DNA from: Ylistrum balloti
Taxonomy: Eukaryota
Assembly: GCF_031769215.1 (NCBI RefSeq)
Contig: NW_026782164.1
Location: 62,001 to 126,000, forward strand
Length of the DNA stretch: 64,000 bases
Reading direction: 5' to 3'
Positions 40,601 through 52,100 of the stretch are shown here, piece after piece. Position 1 is the stretch's first letter. Each line of letters begins with the position of its first letter. A program made the translations under genes and the position numbers. The notes beneath the pieces were generated by a model that searched no databases, was not told the origin of the DNA, and worked only from the letters and a program-made list of their open reading frames with translations.

Positions 40601-43600
40601 TCCTTTATCTGAAGCTAGTGTACCTGTCACCTAGTTCCCCACAGAGTTTCCTTTATCTGAAGCTAGTGTACCTGTCACCTAGTTCCCCACAGTTTCCTTT
40701 ATCTGAAGCCAGTGTACCTGTCACCTAGTTCCCCACAGAGTTTCCTTTATCTGAAGCCAGTGTACCTGTTACCTAGTTCCCCACAGAGTTTCCTTTATCT
40801 GTAGCTAGTGTACCTGTCACCTAATTCCCCACAGAGTTTCCTTTATCTGAATCTAGTGTACCTGTCACCTAGTTCCCCACAGTTTCCTTTATCTGAAGCT
40901 AGTGTACCTGTCACCTAGTTCCCCACAGAGTTTCCTTTATCTGAAGCCAGTGTACCTGTCACCTAGTTCCCCACAGTTTCCTTTATCTGAAGCCAGTGTA
41001 CCTGTCACCTAGTTCCCCACAGAGTTTCCTTTATCTGTAGCTAGTGTACCTGTCACCTAGTTCCCCACAGAGTTTCCTTTATCTGAAGCTAGTGTACCTG
41101 TCACCTAGTTCCTCACAGAGTTTCCTTTATCTGAATCTAGTGTACCTGTCACCTAGTTCCCCACAGTTTCCTTTATCTGAAGCTAGTGTACCTGTACTGT
41201 TGATATACAGATACACTCACAATCTAGATTCTATCTTAGTGTCTGTGACCACTTTGAAAACGAATGCAATATTCTGTCCTCGAGCCACGTGTTCATTGAG
41301 TTGGACAAGAGAGGCTAATTAGCCTACTTTGATAGGCAAGGTGACGGTATTGATTTTTGAGCAAAAGTATCAGGATGTAAAATGGCAAAGAGATTTTCTC
41401 ACATAATCCAGACACTAATAAATGTACTTTTTGTAGCCATAGTAACCTTAGGTAACTGGTGTATTAGGTTGATATTTTGCTCAATTATATTTGATATATC
41501 ATGCTGTATATTCAGTTAAAAAAAGGTTTGGTTAAATACAGATTTTGATAAAGGTTGGTGTAAGATGTAGATTTTATGATGAAGAAAAAATCATGTCTGA
41601 AGCAAGAGATCTTCTGTGTTGAACATGATTAAATGATGAGGATGATTATAAGTATGTTTCATTGTTATTTTTTAACAGAATATCTTGTAATTTGTGCAGG
41701 AGATCACGGTTTAAGGTTGATGAATGCAAGCCTTTAATGATAATGTTGACAAAAGATAATCTTGATGATGGAAGGCCTTTAGAGGAATCTTCAACTGTTG
41801 GTGATGGAAGCAAGCTTTTGTTGATAATCTTGTCAGAGGAATGATCTTGTAGGGAAGGCTTTTAGAAAGAGTGATCATTGAGGATGACATAATCTTTAGT
41901 TTACAGTGCTATTTTTGATGAAGGAATGATCTGGGATAAAGGAAGTATTCCAAACGGATTTTAAATTAAGTGTTGTGAAACCAAGCTTTCTAATGACTTG
42001 TTAAAGGTCTGTGGAAGGATAAATGCTTAATGGAGGGTAATCAAACCAAGGTTTTAGTGAGATCTAGTGGAAAGGATCAAGGTATTTAGAGGTGTGATTG
42101 ATGGAGGGTGTGGTACTAGCTTTTTAGTATAATCTAGTGGAAAGGATCAAGGTATTTAGAGGCGTAATTGATGGAGGATGTGGTACATGCTTTGAGTGTT
42201 ATCTAGTGGGAAGGATCAAGGTATTTAGAGGGGTGATTGATGGAGGATGAGGTACATGCTTTGGGTGTGATCTAGTGGAAAGGATCAAGGTATTTAGAGG
42301 AGTGATTGATGGAGGATGTGGGACAAGCTTTAAGTATAATCTAGTGAAAAGGATCAAGGTATTTAGAGGCGTAATTGATGGAGGATGTGGTACATGCTTT
42401 GAGTGTTATCTAGTGGGAAGGATCAAGGTATTTAGAGGGGTGATTGATGGAGGATGCGGTACATGCTTTGGGTGTGATCTAGTGGAAAGGATCAAGGTAT
42501 TTAGAGGGGTGATTGATGGAGGATGTGGGACAAGCTTTAAGTATAATCTAGTGGAAAGGATCAAGGTATTTAGAGGGGTGATTGATGGAGGATGTGGGAC
42601 AAGCTTTGTGTGTGATCTAGTGGAAAGGATCAAGGTATTTAGAGGCGTGATTGATGGAGGATGTGGGACAAGCTTTAAGTATAATCTAGTGGAAAGGATT
42701 AAGGTATTTAGAGGGGTGATTGATGGAGGATGTGGGACAAGCTTTAAGTATAATCTAGTGGAAAGGATCAAGGTATTTAGAGGGGTGATTGATGGAGGAT
42801 GTGGGACAAGCTTTAAGTATAATCTAGTGGAAAGGATTAAGGTATTTAGAGGCGTGATTGATACAAGCTTAGGAGCAGTCTATAAAATTGACTGCATGGT
42901 CAGTTTTGAACTTGAGTAGAATCTGAATTGAACTATAGAAAGTTAGAAATAATGACTGAAGTTCATAAATGTTCTAGAACCTGTCATTTGTTAAATTCCT
43001 GCAACTCAGCATATTGTTATAGCTTATACCCAATACAATTTAGCCCAATGCTATGACCCTGCATTTTCACACATTTGAAATACAAAACTCGGCTTATATA
43101 TTCCATATTACCAAAGTCCATTAAACACTCACAACAGCTCCAGACATTTTTTTCTTGAATGCAATAATAAAAATGAAGCTGATAATCCAGTTATCACTCA
43201 TCTGTGTCTGTGTTATAATGTTATTACTTGTTTTTAACGATGAATAATAAACTATGTAGGTGTGTGTTGGCTATGTTCTGCGGCAATATTATACTGCTGA
43301 CGCCGAGTCTATAGCACAAGATGTCAAGTGATGTGATACAATAGTGACTACAACACGCACATTGGTCTGTGACAATGGTATTTAAGTTGCATGAATAATT
43401 TAGAGAAACTTTTCTGAATGCAATGTTCGACCCACCGGGGAAATAAGGAGTATGTGAACAGGTCCAATTATATTTAATGCATCCAGTATAAAGTTTGAGG
43501 GTATAGATGTCAAAAACAAATAATTTAAATCTTACTATGGATTTCTGTACTATTAAAATTGGACACTGGCTTTGTTTGCAAATTTACTTTTAATCATAAC

Positions 43601-46600
43601 TACAAATAAACAGCTCGGATACAGAACCATAATGTTATCTCTAGTATCAAGAACAGAAAAAAACAGTACATGTTCTCCATCTAATACAGAATTAACTTTA
43701 CATTAATCTATTAAGTAAATTTATATTTTAATCTCAAACATAGATAAATACATATGGTCAACAATATAAATAGGAAGAAAATTATAGTCTTTATTATCAA
43801 CACTTGTGTTGTGTGTCAAGAAAATACCAACATGGCAACATAATCATAATTCAAGCTCAAATTCCATAAAACTAGGGCAAATATGAACAAATCAAAGATT
43901 TACATGGAGACTCCTGAAAAAGTACAAGGATAATAAGAACAGATGGTACAGAGGAGTAAGCATCTTCTGCTTAATGGATGACACCCGCCATGTAAACCTT
44001 GGTCAATCCAAGTAAGTAATGTCAGGTTCTCAAATGAGAACAAGGTATACAAGAACAGAACCAACTGGCAAACTTATGAGCACGAAATACGTACAGCTAT
44101 ATGTAGCACAAAAAAAAAGCATATTTCACAATGAGATCACTATGGCAACTACAAAACCTTACCCATAATTTTCATCCTGCATCTTTTGAAGCATTATGTT
44201 ATGAGTTTGTCTGTCAGTTGATGACTTCTTGCATGAAAATCATGATAATGGGAACAGACCATTGAATATTGAATCAACTGTGACATGTAAATACCATAAG
44301 TTGGAGATGCAGGGCTATTGCAATCCAGAAATGGAAAATTCACAATAGGGAAATTAAAATCATTATGTTAATCATACAGTTGGTGGAAAGCTGTCCATGT
44401 TGGTTTCCTTGCAGGAAAAGATCGAGATAAGCAGCTGATGTAGATGAATCTGGTGTATCTTTGATTTCATGTTCTGGTTGAAAAACACAATGGACGTAGT
44501 CAATAAATTTCTTGCTATCAAAAGACAAGAAATCATCAATATATCTGAAAGTGAAATTAAACGACTTTGCAAGGTCTTTGTAACCTATTTTGATAAGCTC
44601 TTCAATAAATTCAGCCTTGTATGAGAACAGAAACAAGTCAGCCAACAGAGGGGTTCAGTTTGTTCCCATAGGTATGCCATTAGTCTGTTGGAAGATCTTA
44701 CCACCAAACCTGATGAAGATGTTGTTAACCAGAAACTCACTATAAACATATATAGCTGAGTCTGTTAGAAGATCTAAGGTGTATGGTTCATCACTCCTTA
44801 CCTGTGGTGATTTGGTAGCCCTCACTAACTTCAATAGGGAGGCTATAGATCTACAGGTAAAAAAGGCGGGGCATTCATGAACAAACTAATCAACAAGTAA
44901 GAAACACATCTGTGATGTAAAAGTAACACATGTTTTCTACAATATCAAATTGTACATATCAACTTTAAAACACTTCATGATGTTCTATCAAGTTTCTGAT
45001 GACACTTCAAAGATACATTGATTTAACACTGTGACAGAGCTGCAATGATCCAACACATGTGCACTTGCTTTTAAAGTCTACTTTCATGTGATAAAATTTC
45101 AGCTGAGGTATAAATATTTGAACAGAGTATAATAATGTTAAAGCTGTGCTTTGTTACAAATCAGTGAATGAACTGTAGACTTTTTTTTAGTTGTTTGCAG
45201 ATAGCTAGCCGAAGCTTTTAAAGTGTATTTCAAAAACAAGGAGATTGCATCATTGTATGAAATCCATTCAACAGGAACTTTCTATGTGTGAAAGTTAATT
45301 TGTTCTACTCCTGACAGTCCACAGGGTGAAACAGTCAGAACTGTGGTTTTCTGTGTTTTGTGTTAACTGATCGAATGATGTTTTGACATATACACAGAAA
45401 AAGAAATCTTCATGAAAAATGTGTTACGTTTACTTACAACTTTGACGATCAAACCGTTTCAGTTCGGTTACTTGATCTGATTACTGGAGGGGACCACTTG
45501 CTATAGCTTAACGTTCTGTTGTGTGAAGTTTTGCTGAGGTCATGTTGTCAAATCAAAAAAAAGGCAATGCTATCTATATCTAGAGTCGTTTGGTTTTGAA
45601 ATCAAACAGATGTAATGAGAAGACCTAAAATACCAAAATGAATATCATTTTGTATAGAGTCAAAACAGTTTTATGATTTGGGTTATGGCAATATGAACTT
45701 TGAAACAGCTATTGTCAGCTTCTCAGTCTTCTATACATCGCAGTGGTCAACAGGATGAAAATTGAAAAAGGAAGGAGGAATGAAAAATGTCTCGTCCCAA
45801 TTTTGGCCAAAAATTGGTTCAGAATACATATATGTATGTTCTTTTGTAATTATCACATATGAGGATGTATGAAAATTAAGAAATTCAGTGAATTATGGGG
45901 CTGGGTCACCTACCGATCTTGATTTTGATCTCTTTATATAATGGCATCTGTTTTATAATTACCAGATTGATTAGTGTCTCAACTTTTATATTTCTATAAT
46001 GATAAGTTGGACTGAAAAGCCAATATTGAAATATTGTGAAATTTCTAAGATGGGATAGCATTGCATTGTACCTCTGACTTCTAGCATTTTGAACCTGGGA
46101 TGGGAAAGGAATTGGAACTTGATAAAGCCCAGAGAAGCCATAACTTTTGTCTCTGTCTTACGATGTGTTTACTCGTTATCTTCAGACATGCATATCCTCA
46201 GAGCTTAACAGTATATCATTCAGAAAAAGCAATCTAGATCATGTCTGTGTTTGGGCCTTGTCTGTATTTATTGTTTTTCAAGTCAATCAGCTGACCTAGA
46301 CTGGACCCTAATCCTTATGAAATAGTTTTGATATACAAATTTGATTGAAAATGACATTATTACACATAATACATGTTGTTTACTTTTTCTCCTATTTCCA
46401 TTGTCCTGCAATACACATAACTGATACTTCAATGATAAAACTTAAATCTCATTCAATTTCATTTTATTGTCACAGCAATGCCCCATGTTATCTTGCTGCA
46501 GACATTTTACCTGCTAAGTCGATTATGAGAACTGAGTGAAGAGGGAGAAATTTTAAGCCAATTTCAATAAGAAGAAGTGTTGTATGATCAGTCATTTCAA

Positions 46601-49085
46601 TATCAGTTTTTGTTCGCATTTAAGTTTAAATTTACATTGTTTTGTGCCTTGTACTTGTAGCATGGGCCACATTTGTACCAGATATGGATTTAGCAGTATC
46701 TTTGTAAATACATGATTACTGAAACAATTCATTCAATGAAGTGCTATTACGATTATTTCCTAGTTTTGATAAATGAGAGGTTATTTGTGTCCGTACATCT
46801 TGCCATTTCTATGACATATTTTCATACTATTTTTGCAATTCTTTACTGAGTTCATCGATCTAGAAATGGATCTCATTTCTCACAACTTATATTGCGTTCA
46901 TCATATTGACCTAAAATTTGTCAGTAGTGTCATCGAGGATTTATCAAAAATAGACAAGATATCTTATTCTGTACACTGACTCTGTCAACAAAGAAGTGTC
47001 AGTAGTTGTGAAGACGATCATCCATTCTGATAAAGATGTCCACACAACAATAGTATGTAGAATGAAGATATAATAATTGATGAGAAATTTAATGCATTCA
47101 GATCAGGTTAGATCAGAATTGTGGCTTCAATGAAGGATATGACAATCAGTGCAACAAGACTGTGGAGACCACTTTGCGTCAACCTGTTACCAGCCATATG
47201 ACTGAATGGCTGTAATGATTCCATTCCCTATGGATGTAGGGCATTGATAAAACAGGTCAGGGAATGTAACACTGATGTAGAAAAATGGAGGTCCAAATGA
47301 GAGGACTTTAAGCTACCTCAGGGGTTTTGCGACCTGTATGAACTCTTCTACAAGCCAGGGAAGCTTGTCAATGGAAACGAAAGTGTGCTTTACTGTGAGA
47401 GCAATAGCCAAGCTTTCATTATCAGAATACCTAAGACTCTTTGTAAATATTAAGTATGGCTTCTTATTCATACAACTACAGGGCATAAACCAGTATTAAA
47501 TAGCAAGAGCAAGCTATAGTTAAGTTACTGGTGATCAAAGTCTGTTACCTAGCAACAAGCAAATAATGGTCTGTTTTCACATTTGCAAGGTGATTTATGT
47601 TGGTGAGGACAGATTATTGACATTTGTTATATCTTAGAACTGATCATTAAATTATCTTAATGGCAGCTAGAGAATAGATTACAACATATGTTATATCTAG
47701 AAAAAAGATTAGCAACGTGTTATGTAGCCAGAGAACATCTGTTTGTAGATATATAGAAAAGGTTAACATTATTCCTTAGTAAGGTAGATAGCTAGTTAAG
47801 AAGCCCCTGTTAAGTAGGTAGAGAAAAGGTTAGCCTGTTAAGCTGCACCTGTTAAGTAGCTAGAGAAAAGATTAGCAGGTTAAGCTGCACCTGTAAAGTA
47901 GCTAGAGAAAAGGATAGCCTGTGAAGCTGCACCTGTTAAGTAGGTAGAGAAAAGGTTAGCAGGTTAAGCTGCACCTGTAAAGTAGCTAGAGAAAAGGATA
48001 GCCTGTGAAGCTGCACCTGTTAAGTAGGTAGAGAAAAGGTTAGCCTGTTAAGCTGCACCTGTTAAGTAGCTAGAGAAAAGATTAGCAGGTTAAGCTGCAC
48101 CTGTTAAGTAGCTAGAGAAAAGATTAGCAGGTTAAGCTGCACCTGTTAAGTAGCTAGAGAAAAGATTAGCAGGTTAAGCTGCACCTGTAATGTAGCTAGA
48201 GAAAAGGTTAGCCATACATTTAGATGTCATCTCATTACCGTGTGTTAGTGTTAGTTCCATACCTTTAACTGTTAGAAGCATTAGTAGATGGATTTTAATA
48301 CATTGATGTAACTTCCCAAAATTTGCGATACCAAAATAAAGAGGAGGTGTGTAGATGGGTAAGTGGGAGTGGGGATGAGTTCAGGTATCAAAATCAGCTG
48401 TAGGAGTTAGTACAGTCATAAAAAAACTTACATTACATACTACATTTATATATACAAATATACAGGTTATAAAACATCCAAATAGTTTTGGTGTTTGTAA
48501 AATTTAAAAATATGATGAAAGAAACAAGTTCTGAATATGAATGCTCTTGTATGAATTGTTTCACATTAGTAAACATTTTATAAAATCTACATTGTTAGAC
48601 ACCATTCATCGGGGAAACATTGTGTAATACATCTACATGTATTGTTTGACTTGGATGCATTTTGTAATATCTACATTTTCTGACTTTCTTCATGGGAAAC
48701 ATTGTGTAATACATGTATATATATCAGGAACATTGTTTGACATTTCAGGAAAACATTCTATAAAATCTATATAGTTTGACAATATTCCAAGGAAACATTT
48801 GTTTAACATTGTTTCAGTGAAACCTTTTATAATATCTAGATTGTTTGACATTGTTTCAGGGAAACATTTTGCAGCAAATCTTGTCTGTGGAGTTCCTGTT
48901 AGAATTAGTAAACACTGTACCATTTGTTGTCACAGTAAGTACAATTACCACTGAATACAATGGAAAAATAAATGATACATACTGAACATCAGAAATTTAC
49001 GATTGTAAAAATGAATATTTTGATAAATGGTAAAATGTGGTATTTTAAAAGAAATAAAGATCTCTATAGTCATTTAAGTATAGAC

Positions 49086-49127
<42 letters not shown>

Positions 49128-52100
49128 CTTGAATTTCTATATATCATATCTACTTTCACAGTTATGGAAATTACTATGAAAATGAATGATGTCTCCCATT
49201 ATATATGTATTTTGTTCTACAGATTTTTTGGGAACCTCTTCGTAATTTATTTATCCCTGTGTTCCTGAACTGCTGGCTGGCCAAACTTGCTTTACAAAAT
49301 ATGTTTGTAAGTACAGGAATTTAACTCTATCATAATGCATTTATTCTGTAGTAAGAAAATCATTCCAAAGAAAATCTTTCAGACAATGATTTGTAATAGG
49401 GCTGGGTTGGTGTGGCTTGTATATAGTGTTAAATATGGTCTCTGTCACTCTGACGCAGTATGCTTCTTTGGCTCAGTTGGTAGAGCAGGGTTGATTATCA
49501 GCCAGAGACCTGGGTTCGATTCCTGGTTTGGGCACTCGACAGAAATGTGTATTTTCCCTGTTCTCTCATATTGGCACCCAACGAAATCCTACGAATCATG
49601 GTATTTGGAATCTCGAATCAAGATTTAGGTAATTTCAAGAGAGGAGTGGTATAATAGGACCATGTTGGTCTGGCTTGTTTGCATCGTTAAATACAGTCTC
49701 TGTCACTTAGCTGACAGAGCATGCTACTTCGGCTCAGTTAGTAGAACCGAGACTAGAGTTTGATTCCTGGTTGGGTCATCTGACAGGAATGTGTATTTTC
49801 CCTGTTCTTTCACAACTAAATGTGATACTTGCTTTAGAAAGACTTTTATTTGGATTAATTATATGATGAAATTCCTAACAGTGTACTTTTGTGTTACAGA
49901 ATGACCTACATAGAGTGATGATGAAATCTCAGTCAGCCCTTGCTCAACAACTCATGATTCTGTGTGCTACTGTATTGTGCCTTGTGTTTACCAGGTAAAA
50001 AAATCTTTTTATTGATATATTGCTTAACAGACTGTTTGAAATTGATTATAGGTGTGCTGTAATCAGAAATATTTGATTGGTTGTTGTTGTTTATATCAAT
50101 GAAACTACACTTCCTGATTAGTTGCTTGTCAAGTAAAATGAAATTTCTGATTGTTTGCAGTGTTTGTGGTATACAACATCTACAAAGGGGAGGTAACCAA
50201 CAGTTCGGACTGTTTGAGTCATGTTGGTTCTCCGTGGTCACCTTCTCTACTGTAGGCTATGGAGATATATGCCCTGACATCTGGATATCTCAGTTCTTTA
50301 TGATATGCATGATTGGGGCTGCACTTATTGTCTTGCCAACACAGGTATTTATAATACTTTAATGCCCCAATGAATCGTGATTGCTTAATGAAAGTATTTT
50401 TCATAGATATGATGACTGCTATGTTATATGAGCATTCACTCACTTTTTCTTATAAGATGTTGGTGTATTTTGAGGAAGAAACAGATTATTTTTTAACAGA
50501 GGTCTGTTTATGGTGTTACAACAATGACATAACTAACTACCTAAAATAAATCTAATGAAAAAAAAAAAATGAAAACCTAAACTAATACGAGGTATTGCAC
50601 ACATGTGCACACGAGCTGCCAAAAATGGCGACCACGCGCTGCAGCACGTGCACAATACAACGAAAAAAACTGTAAAAATATCAAAATATGGCGATAGTCG
50701 TCCGACATCTGACACCAAATGTAGTGATGTCCAATGTGTGTATAACACACAGGAACCACCACGGTTGCTCCCAGCTCCCAAACCAACAAATGGTACAGTG
50801 AGGTTACTCACGTTTTGTGAATCACATCCGTTCGGTTTGCTGGTCAAGAGTCAAGAAAAGGCTGTCCGATGGTCTCGCGCCAAACTGTCACAGGAGCTCC
50901 ACGAGATCTCGTGGTGTCAATGTCATCGCATGTCAGCGGTGACAACCAGGGGAGATAATTCACCCCGGTTTTCACTACAATATCTTTTAATGTTAAAAAT
51001 CTGAATTGCACATGATATACATTTAATTTAAGTCATGCTGACTTTATCCTTCATGTCTTCAATAGTTTGAACAGTTAGCGTTTTTCTGGATGGAGCGTCA
51101 GAAGCAGGGCGGGGCATACAGCAGTCACCGTGCCCAGACAGAAAAACATGTTGTCGTGTGTACAACCACTCTCCAAGCAGACACCATAATGGACTTCCTC
51201 AATGAGTTCTATGCCCACCCTAAGTTACAGGTAGGTCAACCCTTAATTACATAGGATTGTAGTAAGCTTATAATTCTACCCAAACTTTAGGGAAATTACT
51301 GACTCAATGTAAGGTAATGTTTGGGGATTCTAGGATTTCTAGGTGACATTCAAGAACACTGGAATTGGACAGATTTCTATCAGCATTAGTTGATATATAA
51401 AAGTCATAGTGCAACCCCCTTTAAATAAAGATATCATTTACTTTGAAATTTGTTAGATGAGAATGGCAGCATTTACATTATTAGTATCTTTCACTTAATT
51501 ACTTATTCAGTAGATGATGTTTCAAAGCAAGCTTCTGACATTTTTAACCGGTAAAAAACCTGACATTAATCATTGAAGAAAATAATTTCTGAAATGGACA
51601 GGTTTAGATGAAGATGGACACATTATACGCCTGTCAGTAGTACAAGTATCAGAGATCAAAGGCTTTGTTCTACATAATATGAGATGTTAGATCCTTTGAC
51701 CAACTGCCTTTTTTACAATGTCATCAGTTTCAAGCACCAATCCCATGTGATTCAGGATCAATCTGACAGTCATCAAGCAACAGATAAGATAAACTAGATT
51801 CTCCACCTGTGGTTTACATATATGGTGCATGTAAATATCATGATAAACTATTTGAGCATGGTATAGTGGTGTAATGGTATATATGTAAATATGATAAATT
51901 ATTTGAGTTTGGTATAATGGTGTATATGTAAATATCATGATAAACTATTTGAGTATGGCATAGTGGTGTAATGGTATAAATGTAAATATCATGATAAACT
52001 ATTTGAGTATGGCATAGTGGTGTTTAATGCAGATAATGCTTCTAGCTGTTTATTAATAGAAAACTGTTATATTTCGGAAAACCTTAAACATGTTAATATA

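Noticed and set aside
42275-42919. 214-aa ORF with [14 protein letters not shown] repeats
   Set aside because: The 69-bp unit is a multiple of 3, and the antisense strand is also open; intronic minisatellite.
44655-44657. TGA at the Cys position of the RT motif GTNCAP, a possible selenocysteine as reported for some clam Naiad elements
   Set aside because: Other Cys positions in both copies are TGT/TGC and the copies contain several ordinary stops, so simple decay explains it. A family consensus with TGA here plus a SECIS would reopen it.
49470-49525. Apparent tRNA gene (also 8390-8450, 3440-3512, 551-616)
   Set aside because: No intact acceptor and anticodon stems; these lie inside LTR or SINE relics.
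50577-51004. 133-aa + ORF and overlapping minus ORFs
   Set aside because: No recognisable domain; they follow from the higher GC content of the intronic insert.
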